Assembly: GCF_006345805.1 (NCBI RefSeq)
Contig: NC_043018.1
Span: 1,612,001 to 1,676,000, forward strand
Direction of reading: 5' to 3'
DNA: 64,000 bases
Origin: Octopus sinensis
Lineage: Eukaryota
The notes beneath the pieces were generated by a model, which was not told the origin of the DNA, ran no database searches, and worked only from the letters and a program-made list of their open reading frames with translations. Within the stretch, counting starts at the first letter, position 1; the number at the start of each line of letters is the position of its first letter. Positions 1 to 13,546 of this stretch are shown here, in pieces. Position numbers and translations under genes: made by a program.

Positions 1-111
1 GTTGCTCGTGACAGGACCGATGGTAGGTGAGTCTGATGTCTGAACCCCCACTTTCTCGGAGAAATAATTGGGTGATGAAATAAGATCAGAAGTGAGATGC
101 TACCCAGTGAG

Positions 112-422
112 AAGGAACTTGACTATTCAACCGTTTATTACGTATAAGACTAGCAATAAATTGTTAAACTTGAAAAGTATTTTAAATTCGATAAATGACA
201 ATAGCCGCACACATTCGAATACCATCAAAAGTTAGCCAGATGAAGAAAAAGAAAACCAAGATACCACGAAGTGGAAAGGAACTTGGCTATTTAACCGTTT
301 ATTACGTCTAAAATAGGCAATAAAGTGCACAACTTAAGATATGTTTTAAGCTCGATATACGAGAAATTGCCAGTAAGTATAACACACATACGTTTATCAT
401 CAAAAGTTAGCCACATGAAGAA
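112..422. repeat. Diverged two-copy tandem duplication, period 164 bp
   Basis: AAGGAACTTG.CTATT.AACCGTTTATTACGT at 112 and 276; CATCAAAAGTTAGCCA.ATGAAGAA closes both units. Confidence 0.85.
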
Positions 423-956
423 CCCAGATCTTAGATAACAGTGCAATAAATAAATTTAAAAAATTCAGAGACATGATGCTTTGGAAAGTAAGAATGTGTA
501 AGTAAGTAGAAAGTTTTGCTATAAATTGGTACAACGAGGATAACGGAATGACGTGATAGATGTTGGCATATAACTACTACTTACCAAACGTCAAAGAACT
601 CTCAGGCGGAATTCCAATGGCAGCTAATAGATTAAATTTCATTTTATCACGATCTCCAAAGTCTGTCATTGCAGACTGCAGGTGTAGTGTCATCTTTAAT
701 TTCATTTCCTTTAAAAACTCTTTTACTTAAATAGAATTTATTAATATTTTATACACACAGACATTCATAGAAGAATGTTATATGTGCGTGTAGGGTGGGT
801 GTCTGTGCTTCTATGTTTATGTTGTGCCATTTATCTTTAATTATTTTGCTTGCTTCAATCATTGGATGGCAGTCATGCTGCGGCATTTAACGAATCGACT
901 CTTGTGCTTGTCTGATACGTATTGTTTCGATAAACCTCGCCAATCCCCTAATATAT

Positions 957-1179
957 GTTTCTTTATTACCCACAAGGGGCTAAACATAGAGGGGACAAAC
1001 AAGGACAGACAAACGGATTAAGTCGATTATATCAACCCCAGTGCGTAACTGGTACTTAATTTATCGACCCCGAAAGGATGAAAGGCAATGTCGACCTCGG
1101 CGGAATTTGAACTCAGAACGTAGCGGCAGACGAAATACGGCTACGCATTTCGCCCGGCGTGCTAACGGTTCTGCCAATC
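957..1179 (-). mobile_element. tRNA-derived SINE, family B (octopus-type)
   Basis: Reverse strand has B-box-like GTTCTGAGTTCAAATTCC then GCCTTTCATCCTTTCGGGGTCGATAAA; many near-identical copies in the window. Confidence 0.85.
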
Positions 1180-1451
1180 CCCTAATATAGGGTACGTAAG
1201 CAAAGCGACATCGGTTGTCAAATAGTGTATAGAACAACATACATACACACACCTACACACACACACACACATATATATATATGTGCACACACACACACAC
1301 ACAGGCACACATACGCACACAAACAGACACTCACAGTGACACGTATATTGGACCATCCCATAACTAATGAGTTTTGTTTTTTTAAATGTTCTTTCATTTT
1401 TCAGAATTAAGATAAACGAAGTTAGTTTTTGATCTAAAATATACTCTCTTT

Positions 1452-1750
1452 GTGGAGGCGCAACTGCGCAGTGGTTAGGGCAGCGAACTCGCGGTCGGAG
1501 GATCGCGGTTTCGATTCCCACACCGGGCGAAAACACCTAAAGCTCCACGAGGCCCCGGCAGGGCGGTGGGGGGTAGCGACCCTTGTTATACTCTTTCGCC
1601 CCACCTTTCTTTCACTCTTTCTTCCTATTTCTTGGGTAACGCTGCGATGAACTAGCGTCGCGTCCAGCTGAGGGGTCACATACGCCACAGAAACCGGGAA
1701 ACCGGGCCCGTGAGCCTGGCTAGGCTTGAAAAGGGCCGCATAAAAAATTA
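1452..1750 (+). mobile_element. tRNA-derived SINE, family A head with alternative tail
   Basis: GTGGAGGCGCAA..GCAGTGGTTAGGGCAGCG..GGTTTCGATTCCC (A/B boxes); tail GAAACCGGGAAACCGG also at ~22.67 kb. Confidence 0.8.
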
Positions 1751-1863
1751 CTCTCTTTCATTTTCTACAGTGCTCTCCTATCTATCCGGTAGAGATGCAA
1801 AGCCCCTCTTTCAAAATTCTCTTGTGTATTCATGTATTTTTATCTGCATGTGCGTGTTGTATA

Positions 1864-2257
1864 TGATGGAAGCACTCCGTCGGTTGCGACGACGAGGGTT
1901 CCGGTTGATCCGAATCAACGGAACAGCCTGCTCGTGAAATTAACGTGCAAGTGGCTGAGCACTCCACAGGCACGTGTACCCTTAACGTAGTTCTCGGGGA
2001 TATTCAGCGTGACACAGAGAGTGACAAGGCCGGCCCCTTAAAATACAGGTACAACAGAAACAGGAAGTAAGAGTGAGAGAAAGTTGTGGTGAAAGAGTAC
2101 AGCAGGGATCACCACCATCCCCTGCCGGAGCCTCGTGGAGCTTTTAGGCGTTTTCCCTCAATAAACACTCACAACGCCCGGTCTGGGAATCGAAACCGCG
2201 ATCCTATGACCGCGAGTCCGCTGCCCTAACCACTGCCCTAACCATTGCGCCTCCACC
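1864..2257 (-). mobile_element. Full-length SINE family A with 12-bp TSD GCGTGTTGTATA
   Basis: TSD at 1852-1863 and 2258-2269; body matches copies at 25.26, 32.08 and 38.64 kb. Confidence 0.9.
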
Positions 2258-2758
2258 GCGTGTTGTATAAAGGCGTACATATCTGTGTATATGTTTGTGT
2301 GCGTGTGCACCAATTTGTAAGTGTGTATATGTGTATGTATGTGCGTGATGGGTAATTGTGTATATGTGTGCGTGTATGAGCGTATATTGAGCGTCTATCG
2401 AGGTAGTTATAATTTATTGAGACGCAATATTTTTTAATCCAACTGGGTGGTCATATTGAACGTGTTTAATAATCATGATTGTTTGTGTAAATATTGCATG
2501 TGAGGGTGTGTTTAATTATTTTTTATTTCTTCCTATTGTTAATGACCGTGGTGTTTGTTCATTGAATTTATGTAATAAAACACTTAAAGATGCTTAAGAT
2601 TTTGGGAGTGCCACGTATTGTTAATGCTTGAGCGAGTTTGGCTAATGTTCCTTTTGAATTTCTCTTGGTTTATATAGAAGGGAATAAAAAAAACGCGCTG
2701 ATGGGTGGCAACGCCGTTGCTAACTGAATATATGTCTTAACTTAAAGAACTTTATACA

Positions 2759-3157
2759 GGACTAGCAGTATCGCCCGGCGTTGCTCGGGTTTGTAAGGGA
2801 AATAACTATATAAGCATTTTTAGAGATGTAAAGTATAATAGCCATCTCAATATGGCTAACTACAAAGGGGGCGGGGTTACTGTAGCTTTTTACGTTCTGA
2901 GATTTAATAATAAATTTTTAGAGAGTTACTTCCCTTATATATGCCAAAAATACATTAAAAATGGGGAAAATTGATGGTAAATTATTTTTAAATCGTAGAC
3001 TCATCGTAGACGCGCGCTAATACCCAGAAGGGATCGATATGAAACACGACTATAAGATACCCGGTTTTGGTTGAACTGCACCGCAAAATGTGGGAGTAGT
3101 TAGGAATCTAAATCGTAGGAGACAGACAGCACACAACTTCACTTTTATATATAAAGA
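2759..3157 (+). mobile_element. Non-autonomous Helitron/Helentron-like (HINE-like) element
   Basis: Starts ACTAGCAGTATCGCCCGGCGTTGCTCGGG (GC hairpin), ends GACAGACAG..TATATAAAGAT; reverse copies at 16.8 and 18.0 kb. Class assigned from terminal architecture only. Confidence 0.6.
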
Positions 3158-3269
3158 TGAGAGTAACTGGCAAATCAATAGAATTGATACACAAAAATGA
3201 TTCTGCGGGAACGGAACAGCCTGTGCTTGGGCGAAACTGTTTGCAGCTATACGTCAGTGACAGTAACAG

Positions 3270-3870
3270 CAACAACTACAATCACATCATCATCATTATC
3301 ATCATCATCATCACCATCATCATGATCATAATTATTTTATCATCAAAGTCATCATCATCGTCATCGTCTCCACCACCGCCACGGCTGCCATCATCATCAT
3401 CGTCATCATCACGTCATCGTGATCATGATGAACGCCACCACCACCAACAACACGACCACGACGACCACGACAACCACGACCGCCATCACCATTATCATCA
3501 TCATCGTCATCGTCTCCACCACCGCCACTGCCGCCATCATCATCATCATCATCATCATCATCACGTCATCGTGATCATGATGAACGCCACCAACAACAAC
3601 AACACGACCACGACAACCACGACAACCACGACCGCCATCACCATTATCATCATCATCGTCATCGTCTCCACCACCGCCACTGCCGCCACCATCATCATCA
3701 TCATTATCATCATCACGTCATCGTGATCATGATTAACGCCACCACCAACAACAACACGATCACGACAACCACGACAACCACGACCGCCAGCACCATTATC
3801 ATCATCATCATCGACATCATCATTATCGTCATCATCACCAAGATCATCATCGTCATCACCATCATCTGCA
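3270..3870. repeat. Cryptic (CAT/CAC/GAC)n trinucleotide region with ~150-bp higher-order blocks
   Basis: Block CACGTCATCGTGATCATGAT.AACGCCACC recurs at ~3410, 3560 and 3713. Confidence 0.85.
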
Positions 3871-4019
3871 GCAGATGCTATAGTATTTGAATGTAAATTA
3901 GTTCATAAGATATAAATGTATACCTTGCAACCTATCAATCAAGTTTTCGACTCACTCACCTCTTCAAGTTCTACCAAACTACTATACCGCCCGCGCCACC
4001 AATCAAAGCTAAAAAATGA

Positions 4020-7000
4020 TTACATTATCGTAGCACCAAAATGTTTTTGGAAACTAAAAGGAAAACTAAATCAGTATACCAAATCGCTTGTGCTATGGTT
4101 AATCTGGAAGCGCGTCTCCCAGGGAAGAGCCAGCCTGGGATCGAAAAGTCATCAACTGGCACAAACTCTTCTCCGAATACGGACATGGATGGTCACTTGA
4201 ACGGGAAATCCCCCAACTCGAGCCCTCCAAGTTCACCACCACAACCACCACAGAAAGAAAAATGTAAGCGGAACAAATGGACCCGAGAAGAGTAAAAAGT
4301 AATATACGCTTATTACTATGCATTAGGTAGGCCATTCAAGAGAGACACACCGCAAACTCTTACAGTATTGGAGAACACGGAATCAAGACAGTAGGCCCTA
4401 TTTGGACGAGAACAAATTAGCAAATGTGAGGAGGGATATCTTTAGAAATAACAGACTCACAGACAGTGAAATAAGCGCGATCAAGCACGCAACGGAAAAT
4501 GACATAAATATAAGACACAAAGGAAATGAAGAATCAGATGAACAGTATAGTATAGCCCGCACGAGGCTTAATTGAAAGACTGCCATCTGACCAAAGTACG
4601 CAAAGGCCTGAAGATACAAGAAATTCTATTGTACCTGTTAAAGATAGCCAGGAAAACGAAAAACAACAGTAACTGAAGATCTCGAATTTGCTGAAGAACA
4701 CAGAGAGTCTATGGCAGAAATGAGGCAGAAAATCCTGAATACGCTTGAAGTTGTAAGACATACAAGTATGAATGATAGAGAACCGCTTCATAAACTCTCA
4801 AATCAAACCAACATAAAAAAAAAACAAATCCAAATTGGCAACTATGTAACAAATGAAATAATACGAGAATTAAAACCTGATTTTACTGAGTTAAATGAAA
4901 TTATTTACGCTTCTGCAGGGCAATTGAAACCAGCTGTATGCCCCCGAAAAAACAAAGAAAACAAAACCTGGGAAGAAATCAAACCTGGAGAAGTAAAATT
5001 GAAAAAGAGATTGAATTTATGAGAGGGGAAATATCAATATTAAATGAACTAATATGTGGAAATGATGTAAGATCCAGAACAGGAAGAAAGATGAAGAGAA
5101 AATTTGGATCCTCACCAAGAGAAGAACTGATATCAATAAAAGAAACGCTGAAACAAAAAGTCCAAGCAAAAGCCCAAAGAATACGAAGATTTGAGAAGAG
5201 AAACAAGTTTTACAAGCAAAATAAGCTGTTCACATCCAATGCCAAAAAATTCTACAGAGAAATAGGGAAGGAGAAAGTAACCGTTAAAGACCCCCCTCCC
5301 ATGGAAGAAGTTCAAAACTTTTGGAAAAGGATTTGGAGTGACAAGAAAACGTACAACATAAATGCAGACTGGATTATACAAACTGAAGGATCCTACCAAA
5401 ATTTACACACAAGCATGGGAAGACATCACAATAGCAGACCTAAGAAAGGCACTCACGAAGGCCCATAATTGGAAATCCCCCGGTAAAGATAGGGTGCCGA
5501 ATTTCTGGCTCGCATCGCTCCCGTGCGCACACGGTAGCTAGTTCAGCTGCTCAATGGAATTATGAGAGACCCAAAGAAAACACCTGAATGGTTAGCAAGT
5601 GGCATTACTTACTACTCCCAAAGAATAACGAAACCAACCTTCCAAAAACTATCGGCCTATAACCTGTCTATCCACCACGTATAAAATCCTAACATCTATC
5701 CTGGCGGAGAAAACATATGCATTCATGGAGAAGAACGATATTTTCCCCATTGAACAAAAAGGGTGCCGCCGAGGCTCTTACGGATGCAAAGATCAACTGC
5801 TAATCAATCTTATGATCCTTGAGAACTGTCACAACAAGCGCAGAAATCTCAGCACCGCATGGATTGACTATAAAAAGGCCTTCGACAGTATACCGCATCC
5901 ATGGATCTTGAGATCGCTGGACATCTTCAAAATTTCCCCTGTGATTTCAAACTTCCTGAAGCACAATATGTCGTTGTGGAATACGAATCTCCAATTATAC
6001 CACTCTAATGGAGTACTTGCCTCCTCAAAAATATAAACATCAACTGTGGAATTTTTCAAGGTGACTCACTTTCACCTTTAATATTCTGCATAGCCCTAAT
6101 ACCCCTTACAAGTGAATAAACAGAACAGGGTATGGGTATAAAATTGCCAATAAAAAAATAAGCCATCTATTTTATATGGATGACTTAAAACTTTATGGTA
6201 AAGACAATAATGAACTTGAAGGCCTATTGCGCACCGTGAAAGCATTCAGCGATGACATCGGGATGGAGTTTGGACTTGAGAAGTGTGCCAAGGCCACTTT
6301 CCAGAAAGGGAAAGTGAAGACCACAAATTCAGTCGTGTTAGATGTTGACACAGTCATAAGAGAGCTTGAGCAAGAACAAACATACAAATATTTAGGGATA
6401 AATGAAGGCTCTGGTATTCAGCATGCAAGCATGAAAGAGAAAATCAGGAAGGAATGTTATAGGAGAGTTCGTGCAGTCCTGAAATCTGAACTAAATGCAC
6501 GTAACAAGGTGTTAGCTATAAATTCCTTAGCAGTTCCAGTTGTTACTTATAGCTACAATGTGTTGAACTGGAATATGAGTGAAGTAAAGAATATAGATAG
6601 AAAAATACGCAAGCTGCTGAGTTGTAATAGGATGCACCACCCAAAGGCAGACGTAGATCGCCTTTACCTTCCCAGAGCCCAAGGAGGTCGAGGCCTGATC
6701 CATTTGAACTAGCTTACAAAACAACCACAATTGGACTGGCCAAATATCTCGAAATATCGAATGACTGGATGCTAAAGCTCGTGGAAAATCACGAGAGACG
6801 AAAGAAGCTTCATTCTATCATCAAGGAAAGCAAAAAATTTGCTATTGATCTCGTGCAGGATACCCAAACTGAACAAAACCGAGGGAAGTACGGCAACTAT
6901 TGTTGCAAAGAAGGTGAAAATGATGGCAATGAAAAAAGCGCACGAGCAATTGGCTGATAGGTGGGAGGAGAAACCTCTGCACGGCAAATATGTGACCCGC

Positions 7001-7895
7001 AGCAAACAACTGATGTTGACCAGAAGCAACCCATCAGTGGCTGCGGAGCTCAGGGCTAAAAGCAGAGAGCGAAGGTTTCATCCTGGCTGCTCAAGACCAA
7101 AGCCTATTAACCCGGAACTACCAGGCCAATGTGATGAAAAATGGAGCAGACCCAAAATGCCGATTCTGCAACGACATGATTGAAACAGTGGACCACCTAA
7201 TCTCTGGATGTAAAGTCTTAGCACCAGTGGAGTATAAATTAAGACATGACAGAGTTGGCCATATCTCCACTGGCTAATAAGTCGGCATTACAATATCAAA
7301 ACTGCCGACAAGTGGTATAATCACCACCCTGAGGCTGTAACTGAAGGAGAAAATGTAACCATTCTGTGGACTTTCCAGTACATACAGACCGAACCATCAA
7401 GGCCAATAAACCAGATATTGTTGTGAAAGACCAAAACAATAAAGTTTGCTTATTGATCGACATGAGCATCCCCTGTGATCATAATATCTCAGCGAAAGAG
7501 TTTGACAAGCTCAGAAACTATAAAGACCTACTCATTGAAATTGAGAAAATGTGGCATCTCAAGGCGGTTACAATACCAGTGATCGTAGGAGCACTAGGAA
7601 TGATCAAGAAGGAACCGAAAATTATATGAGAATGATCCCTGGCTTACCATCCCTGAAGAAGTGCAAAAGATTGTCTTAACTGGTACATCACACGTATTGA
7701 GAAGAGCATTGTCGATGTGAGAACTGTTGCTGCTCATGTATTTTAATTTAATTTAAAAAAACAAAAATAAAAAAATGAACGAACTACTGAGTTTGGTTTA
7801 ATGGCCTACCAATATACACTATGAGTTTCTTTGCCCTAGGAGTCGGGAAGACACTCGGCAAGAAATGGAAGAAAATTTGAAAGAAGAAAAAAAAG

Positions 7896-7896
<1 letters not shown>
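4020..7896 (+). mobile_element. Near-full-length R4/Dong-clade (RLE-type) non-LTR retrotransposon
   Basis: N-terminal KWTREE, RT motifs, CCHC and RLE in order, 3' UTR running into (TAA)n. 5' boundary approximate. Confidence 0.88.
4185..7720 (+). pseudogene. Frameshifted single ORF: reverse transcriptase + CCHC zinc knuckle + restriction-like endonuclease
   Basis: DYKKAFDSIPHPWI (~5866), GIFQGDSLSPLIF (~6050), FYMDDLKLY (~6170), CRFCNDMIETVDHLISGC (7158-7211), KANKPDIVVKD..LLIDMSIP (~7400), ends RRALSM* at 7720; split over many frames. Confidence 0.9.
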
Positions 7897-8430
<534 letters not shown>

Positions 8431-8945
8431 ATTTGAAGCCATTGATATTTAAGTATGATTCCGTTGAATTGAAAGAGCAAATGATATGAAGAATCCATAA
8501 TATTTTAGGATTTCTGCGATTATTCTTGCTGTTGTTGTTGTTTTAATAGAGAGAACTCATTATCGTCTGCTGTGCTCTGAAATAATTCAAATCGTATCGT
8601 TAACTAAGTTGTAAGCACTGTACAGAAATACAGATGTTTCGTATCATTCTCAAACGTCTTCTCGCCTTGAGGCTAGCAGCAGATAATGTTAACTTCTTAT
8701 GGTTGGTTATATTGAAGAATGAATAGACACCACATATACAAATACAAAAGACGCACACCTAAATACGAATCTTTCTCTTTTTCTTTCTCTCTCTTGGTTT
8801 ATATATATATATATATATATATACTATATATATATATATATATATATACTTAGCACTAGTTCTACCTATACAACTAATACTACTACTAATACAAATTAAT
8901 ATGATAATAATTATAATATAATGAGACATTGATATACCTGTTGTG

Positions 8946-9007
<62 letters not shown>

Positions 9008-9311
9008 TATATACTTATAAGCACATACATTTCCATGTTGATTGCAAATGTATATAAACTTAACGTCTGCATGTATGTATATATGTATAAATATGAAGAC
9101 GCTCATCACTCTTCGTTAGAAACATACAGACACATACACACACACATATACATAAATCTTTGTATTTGTGTGTATATATGTATATATATATATATATATG
9201 TACATATATGTATATAAATATATGCATATATGTATATTTACATATACATATAATATATATATATATGTACATATATGTATATAAATATATGCATATATGT
9301 ATATTTACATA

Positions 9312-9346
<35 letters not shown>

Positions 9347-10038
9347 GCTAGATAGATGCATATATATGTATATATATATTCATATACATACTCATGTATA
9401 TATGTATATGCATCTATGTATATATGTATATATATATATATATATACATACATACATATGTGTGTGTGTTTGTACGCATGTATGTAGGTATGTACATATG
9501 TAGACGTACATTTCCAATTAGTACCCATGTGTGTCTGTATGTGTTTGTGTCACATAAAGATCACTGAAATGAATAGCAAATGAAGTTTCTGTCTTCTGGA
9601 ATATTCTTTACAAATAGAAAATAACACATTCACTTAGATTTCTGTGTAGGTGTGACTAAGTAAATCTGGTAATCTTCATTTACTTTCTCGCAATAGTTCT
9701 ATATTAAAGAAATGGATTAACCACTGTTTACATATGTTTATACACCAGGCTTTTGAATGCAGGTACATTTCAATGAACTTGATATTTCTTTTACATAAGG
9801 TAATGTTTACAGTATTACAAAACACTAAGATTTCACAGATTATTTAACATTTTTATCTAAGTTCTACAGCTGTTTCAAGGTGAAACCGTATAATAACTAA
9901 ATTCAATATAAGAATACAAAAATATTTTGAGTGTTCAGATCTTGTTATAAGGAGCATGTATACGCATTCCCAAATCTCAGCATCTGATCTACTACTGTAA
10001 TTTCTAACGAAGTATGGAATTTAAAAATCATTTGCAGA

Positions 10039-10088
10039 CTGGAACATCATGAGAATGAATAATCTGGAACATCATGAGAATGAATAAT
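10039..10088. repeat. Perfect 25-bp tandem duplication
   Basis: CTGGAACATCATGAGAATGAATAAT at 10039 and 10064. Confidence 0.95.
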
Positions 10089-10317
10089 TATTCACTACTG
10101 CTTCTAAGTTCCGCCTATCTTCATATCTGGGAAAGAGAAGGCACATTTTACTCTTCTGTACTCACCACACATCTGACATTAAAAGCACGTTTGGAGAAAA
10201 TATCGAATTGTAGGCACAAACATTAATCTCTTGCGAAGCGTTTCAAATACCTACACTGATAACGTTAATCCACGTTTAGTTCCCGCTTTTTATTCGCACC
10301 CATGGTTCCAAAGCGAA

Positions 10318-10727
10318 CTGAGTGGCTGTGTGGTAAGTAGCTTGCTAACCAACCACATGGTTCCGGGTAGAGTCCCACTGCGTGGCATCTTGGGCAACTG
10401 TCTTCTGCTATAGCCCCGGGCCGACCAATGCCTTGTGAGTGGATTTGGTAGACGGAAACTGAAAGAAGCCTGTCGTATATATGTATATATATATATGTGT
10501 GTGTGTGTGTTTGTGTGTCTGTGTTTGTCCCCCTAGCATTGCTTGACAACCGATGCTGGCGTGTTTACGTCCCCTTCACTTAGCGGTTCGGCAAAACAGA
10601 CCGATAGAATAAGTACTGGGCTTACAAAGAATAAGTCCCGGGGTCGATTTGCTCGACTAAAGGCGGTGCTCCAGCATGGTCGCAGTCAAATGACTGGAAC
10701 AAGTAAAAGAGTAAAGAGTAAAAGAGT
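10318..10727 (+). mobile_element. CORE-like tRNA-derived SINE, family C
   Basis: GAGTGGCTGTGTGGTAAG head, CTTGGGCAA core-like segment, internal (TA)(TG), tail GTAAAAGAGTAAAGAG. Confidence 0.85.
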
Positions 10728-10929
10728 ATATATTTTAATATGTTGGATATTTACACTCTTTTATTCAATGCAAGAGCACTAGTTTACAATTCGTTTGCCA
10801 GGTTATGTAACAAGATGTACCGAAGCATTAAACACTAACCAATTCCACTGCTATTATTTTGCCAACGCCCACAACGCCGCCCAAATGCATATATATGTGT
10901 GTTTTATTGCCTTCACCGCCGCAACATTT

Positions 10930-11275
10930 GTACGAGGTGTAGTCAAAAAGTATCCAACCTTTTTGCCAATTTTGATTTAGTGTCCTTCTAATATTTCCCG
11001 TTGGGAGTCTGCACACTTCTGTGAGCGTTCCTATCACTGTTAGAATCATTTCTATAAATCACATTATCGGATGCTGTAGGGCTGCGCCTTCGAATTTTTG
11101 CTTAATATCCTCTGTTGACTCAAATCTTCTCCTTTTGAGTGTTATCTTACTTTTCATTTTAGCTTTAGGAATAGCCAAAAGTCACACGGTGCGAAATCTG
11201 GAGAATAGGAAATCTGACGAACAAGTCATCTGGTTTGCTTGACGAGGAATGCTTGGACGACGTGGGCAGATTAGC
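10930..11275 (-). mobile_element. mariner transposase 3' remnant with right TIR
   Basis: Reverse strand YSPDFAPCDFWLFLKL (11207-11161), GRRFESTEDIKQN, ERSQKCADSQREILEGH; TIR-like TACGAGGTGTAGTCAAAAAG at ~10930. Confidence 0.88.
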
Positions 11276-11315
11276 GGGTACGTTATCACACACACACACA
11301 CATACATATATGCAT

Positions 11316-11354
<39 letters not shown>

Positions 11355-11356
<2 letters not shown>

Positions 11357-13029
11357 GTGCGGTGAACATGTTGTCGTCTAAGTAACACTGTCATCTCATT
11401 TTAACAGATATATATGTAATAGAATTACATAAGAACATCCTGAAATACTAAGAGTAAATTTATTCAATAAAACCGTCATTGGCTTCAACCACATCTTCCA
11501 GACAAGCTCAGAATTCACTGCAACTCTTCTGGAAGGTCACCAGTTTTAAATTGCTGAAGATAACGTAATCCTTGCCTTCAGTCCATCTCTCTCTCTCTCT
11601 CTCTCACACACTCTCCCTCTCTCTCTCTCTCTCTCTCAACTGCACTCCAACATATAATAATCAAGGGTTATGCAGTGTAGGGTGGTAGATGACCAAATTA
11701 TAGGGCTGATGTAGTCGCAGAAATTGTTTGAGAGCCATAAATGGGTCTCCTTGGCCATGGGGCATAGTGTAGAGTCATGTTGCTATATTGAGTCTTGCAG
11801 CAACCACCCTCTTAACACGAGGTAGCACTACATCTTCCGGATGGTAGACCTCCGTGTTGAGCCTCAGGCGTGTGGGAATATAAAGGGAAACTTAACGTGG
11901 CCATCAATAGTTAAACCTCCAAACAACATTATGTTGACTGGTAGTTTGATACTTTTCAATCTTAGTACACATTTTTGGGAAACGGCAAGCCAACAGTTGG
12001 TTTGTGTCTTTTACTTGTTTCAGTCATATTACTGTGGCCATGCCGGAGCACCGCCTTTAGTCAAGCAAATCGACCCCAGGACTTATTCAATTTAAGCATA
12101 GTACTTATTCTATCCGTCTGTTTTGCCGAACCGCTAAGGTAGGGGAACGTCAACAAACCAGCATCGGTTGTCAAGTGATGTTGGGGATACAAACAGAGAC
12201 AGACAAATATACACACACACATATATATATATATACACATATACGACGGGCTTCTTTCAGTTTCCGTCTACCGAATCCACTTGCAAAACTTTGGTCGATC
12301 CGAGGCTATAGTAGAAGACACCTGGCCACGTTGCCACGCAGTGGGACTGAACCCGGAACCATGTGGCTCGTAAGCAAGCCACTTACCACAGAGCCACTTC
12401 TACGCCTGTGTATTCACCTTCTGATACTGGCAGACATTTTTCTAGTCTGAGAAAAACCAAAACATGTCCAGCTGAAGGGGATGCTCGAGTTTGTTCAAAA
12501 GCTTCGTAGCTCAGTCTTTCCACTTGCCCTTTGTGGCTTCGGATAAAAATTGGCCACTTCACATCTTGTATGAGGAATACCGAATGTTTTCATGCACTAT
12601 CTGCCTGATAAGAAATTCAGACACTCCTATGTCCATGGAGATGGACCTGTTTGACTTGGAGGTGCCGTTGTCAATCATGGTCTCGATGTCATCAATAAAT
12701 TTAGGATTCCTTTTCTTATCAGAACGATCACAGCGTGTTTCCCAAGATACCGTACCTTCGTAATCATCGTTAGATTCATTCAACTCTCTTCGAATCACGT
12801 GCACTGTCCTCAGATTGTTAAACAAACACTCTGAAATGTTCATATTGGAGCTTCCTGCGTGACTGCGAAGTGGTACAGCAAATCGTTACCAAATTTATGG
12901 CAGAGCCAATTGCGTGATGCTCAGGTCTTTCTCACAAACGGTACCCAACTGATGTTACTATGCTGTAAAGTCATCAAAATCAAAAACAAAAGATGCACAT
13001 ACATGACAACTGACGCATCGCATCCTGTA
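11355..13029 (-). mobile_element. Decayed Tc1/mariner (maT-like) transposon interrupted by a SINE and (CT)n
   Basis: Reverse strand IGVSEFLIRQIVHENIRYSSYKM, WFFSD*KNVCQ, QHDS, LDYY, KSCSEF*ACLEDVVEANDGFIE*; degenerate ends near 11355 and 13029. Confidence 0.85.
12005..12412 (-). mobile_element. SINE family C nested in the maT-like transposase
   Basis: Reverse complement of 10318-10727; transposase reading resumes on both sides. Confidence 0.88.
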
Positions 13030-13094
<65 letters not shown>

Positions 13095-13218
13095 ATATAT
13101 ACAAATTATAAATAAGGGCAAACGAAAAAAATTTCTAACGCTAAATATGCAGAAATGACTTAGTGTTTGTTTCGTCCATGGGTATGAGTAAGTATCTCAT
13201 TTATTTCTTTGCCACATT

Positions 13219-13271
13219 TATCACTGACGAAGGGATGGTTCTTATGAACTAACCCTGAAATCGGTCCGATA
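13219..13271 (+). ncRNA. Minimal type I hammerhead ribozyme motif (canonical core, GUC site)
   Basis: UAUCA-CUGACGA-AGGG(A)UGGUUC-UUAU-GAACUA(A)CCCU-GAAA-UCGG-U-C-CGAUA; one A.C mismatch at the base of helix I; manual fold only. Confidence 0.7.
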
Positions 13272-13482
13272 TGGTAATAATGGAACTTTTTAGAAATGTC
13301 TGTCGACCTTTTTTGAGTAGGGTGCGTATTGTGAAATATTATATGGTTATGGTCAAGGTGTCTAATTTCGGCATATTTGGCATTAGAATTTTCGTTTACC
13401 CTTATTTATAAGTTGTTTATAATTTAACCTTTAAATGTATTTTTTAATATGCTGGCCATCGATAATATATATATATATATAT

Positions 13483-13546
<64 letters not shown>

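Noticed and set aside
1452-1530. tRNA-like sequences (also 22420, 32077 and others)
   Set aside because: SINE heads with A/B boxes that continue into SINE bodies; no complete cloverleaf.
3157-3726. His/Thr/Ser-rich 189-aa ORF
   Set aside because: Open only because the CAT/CAC repeat lacks stops; no splice or domain support.
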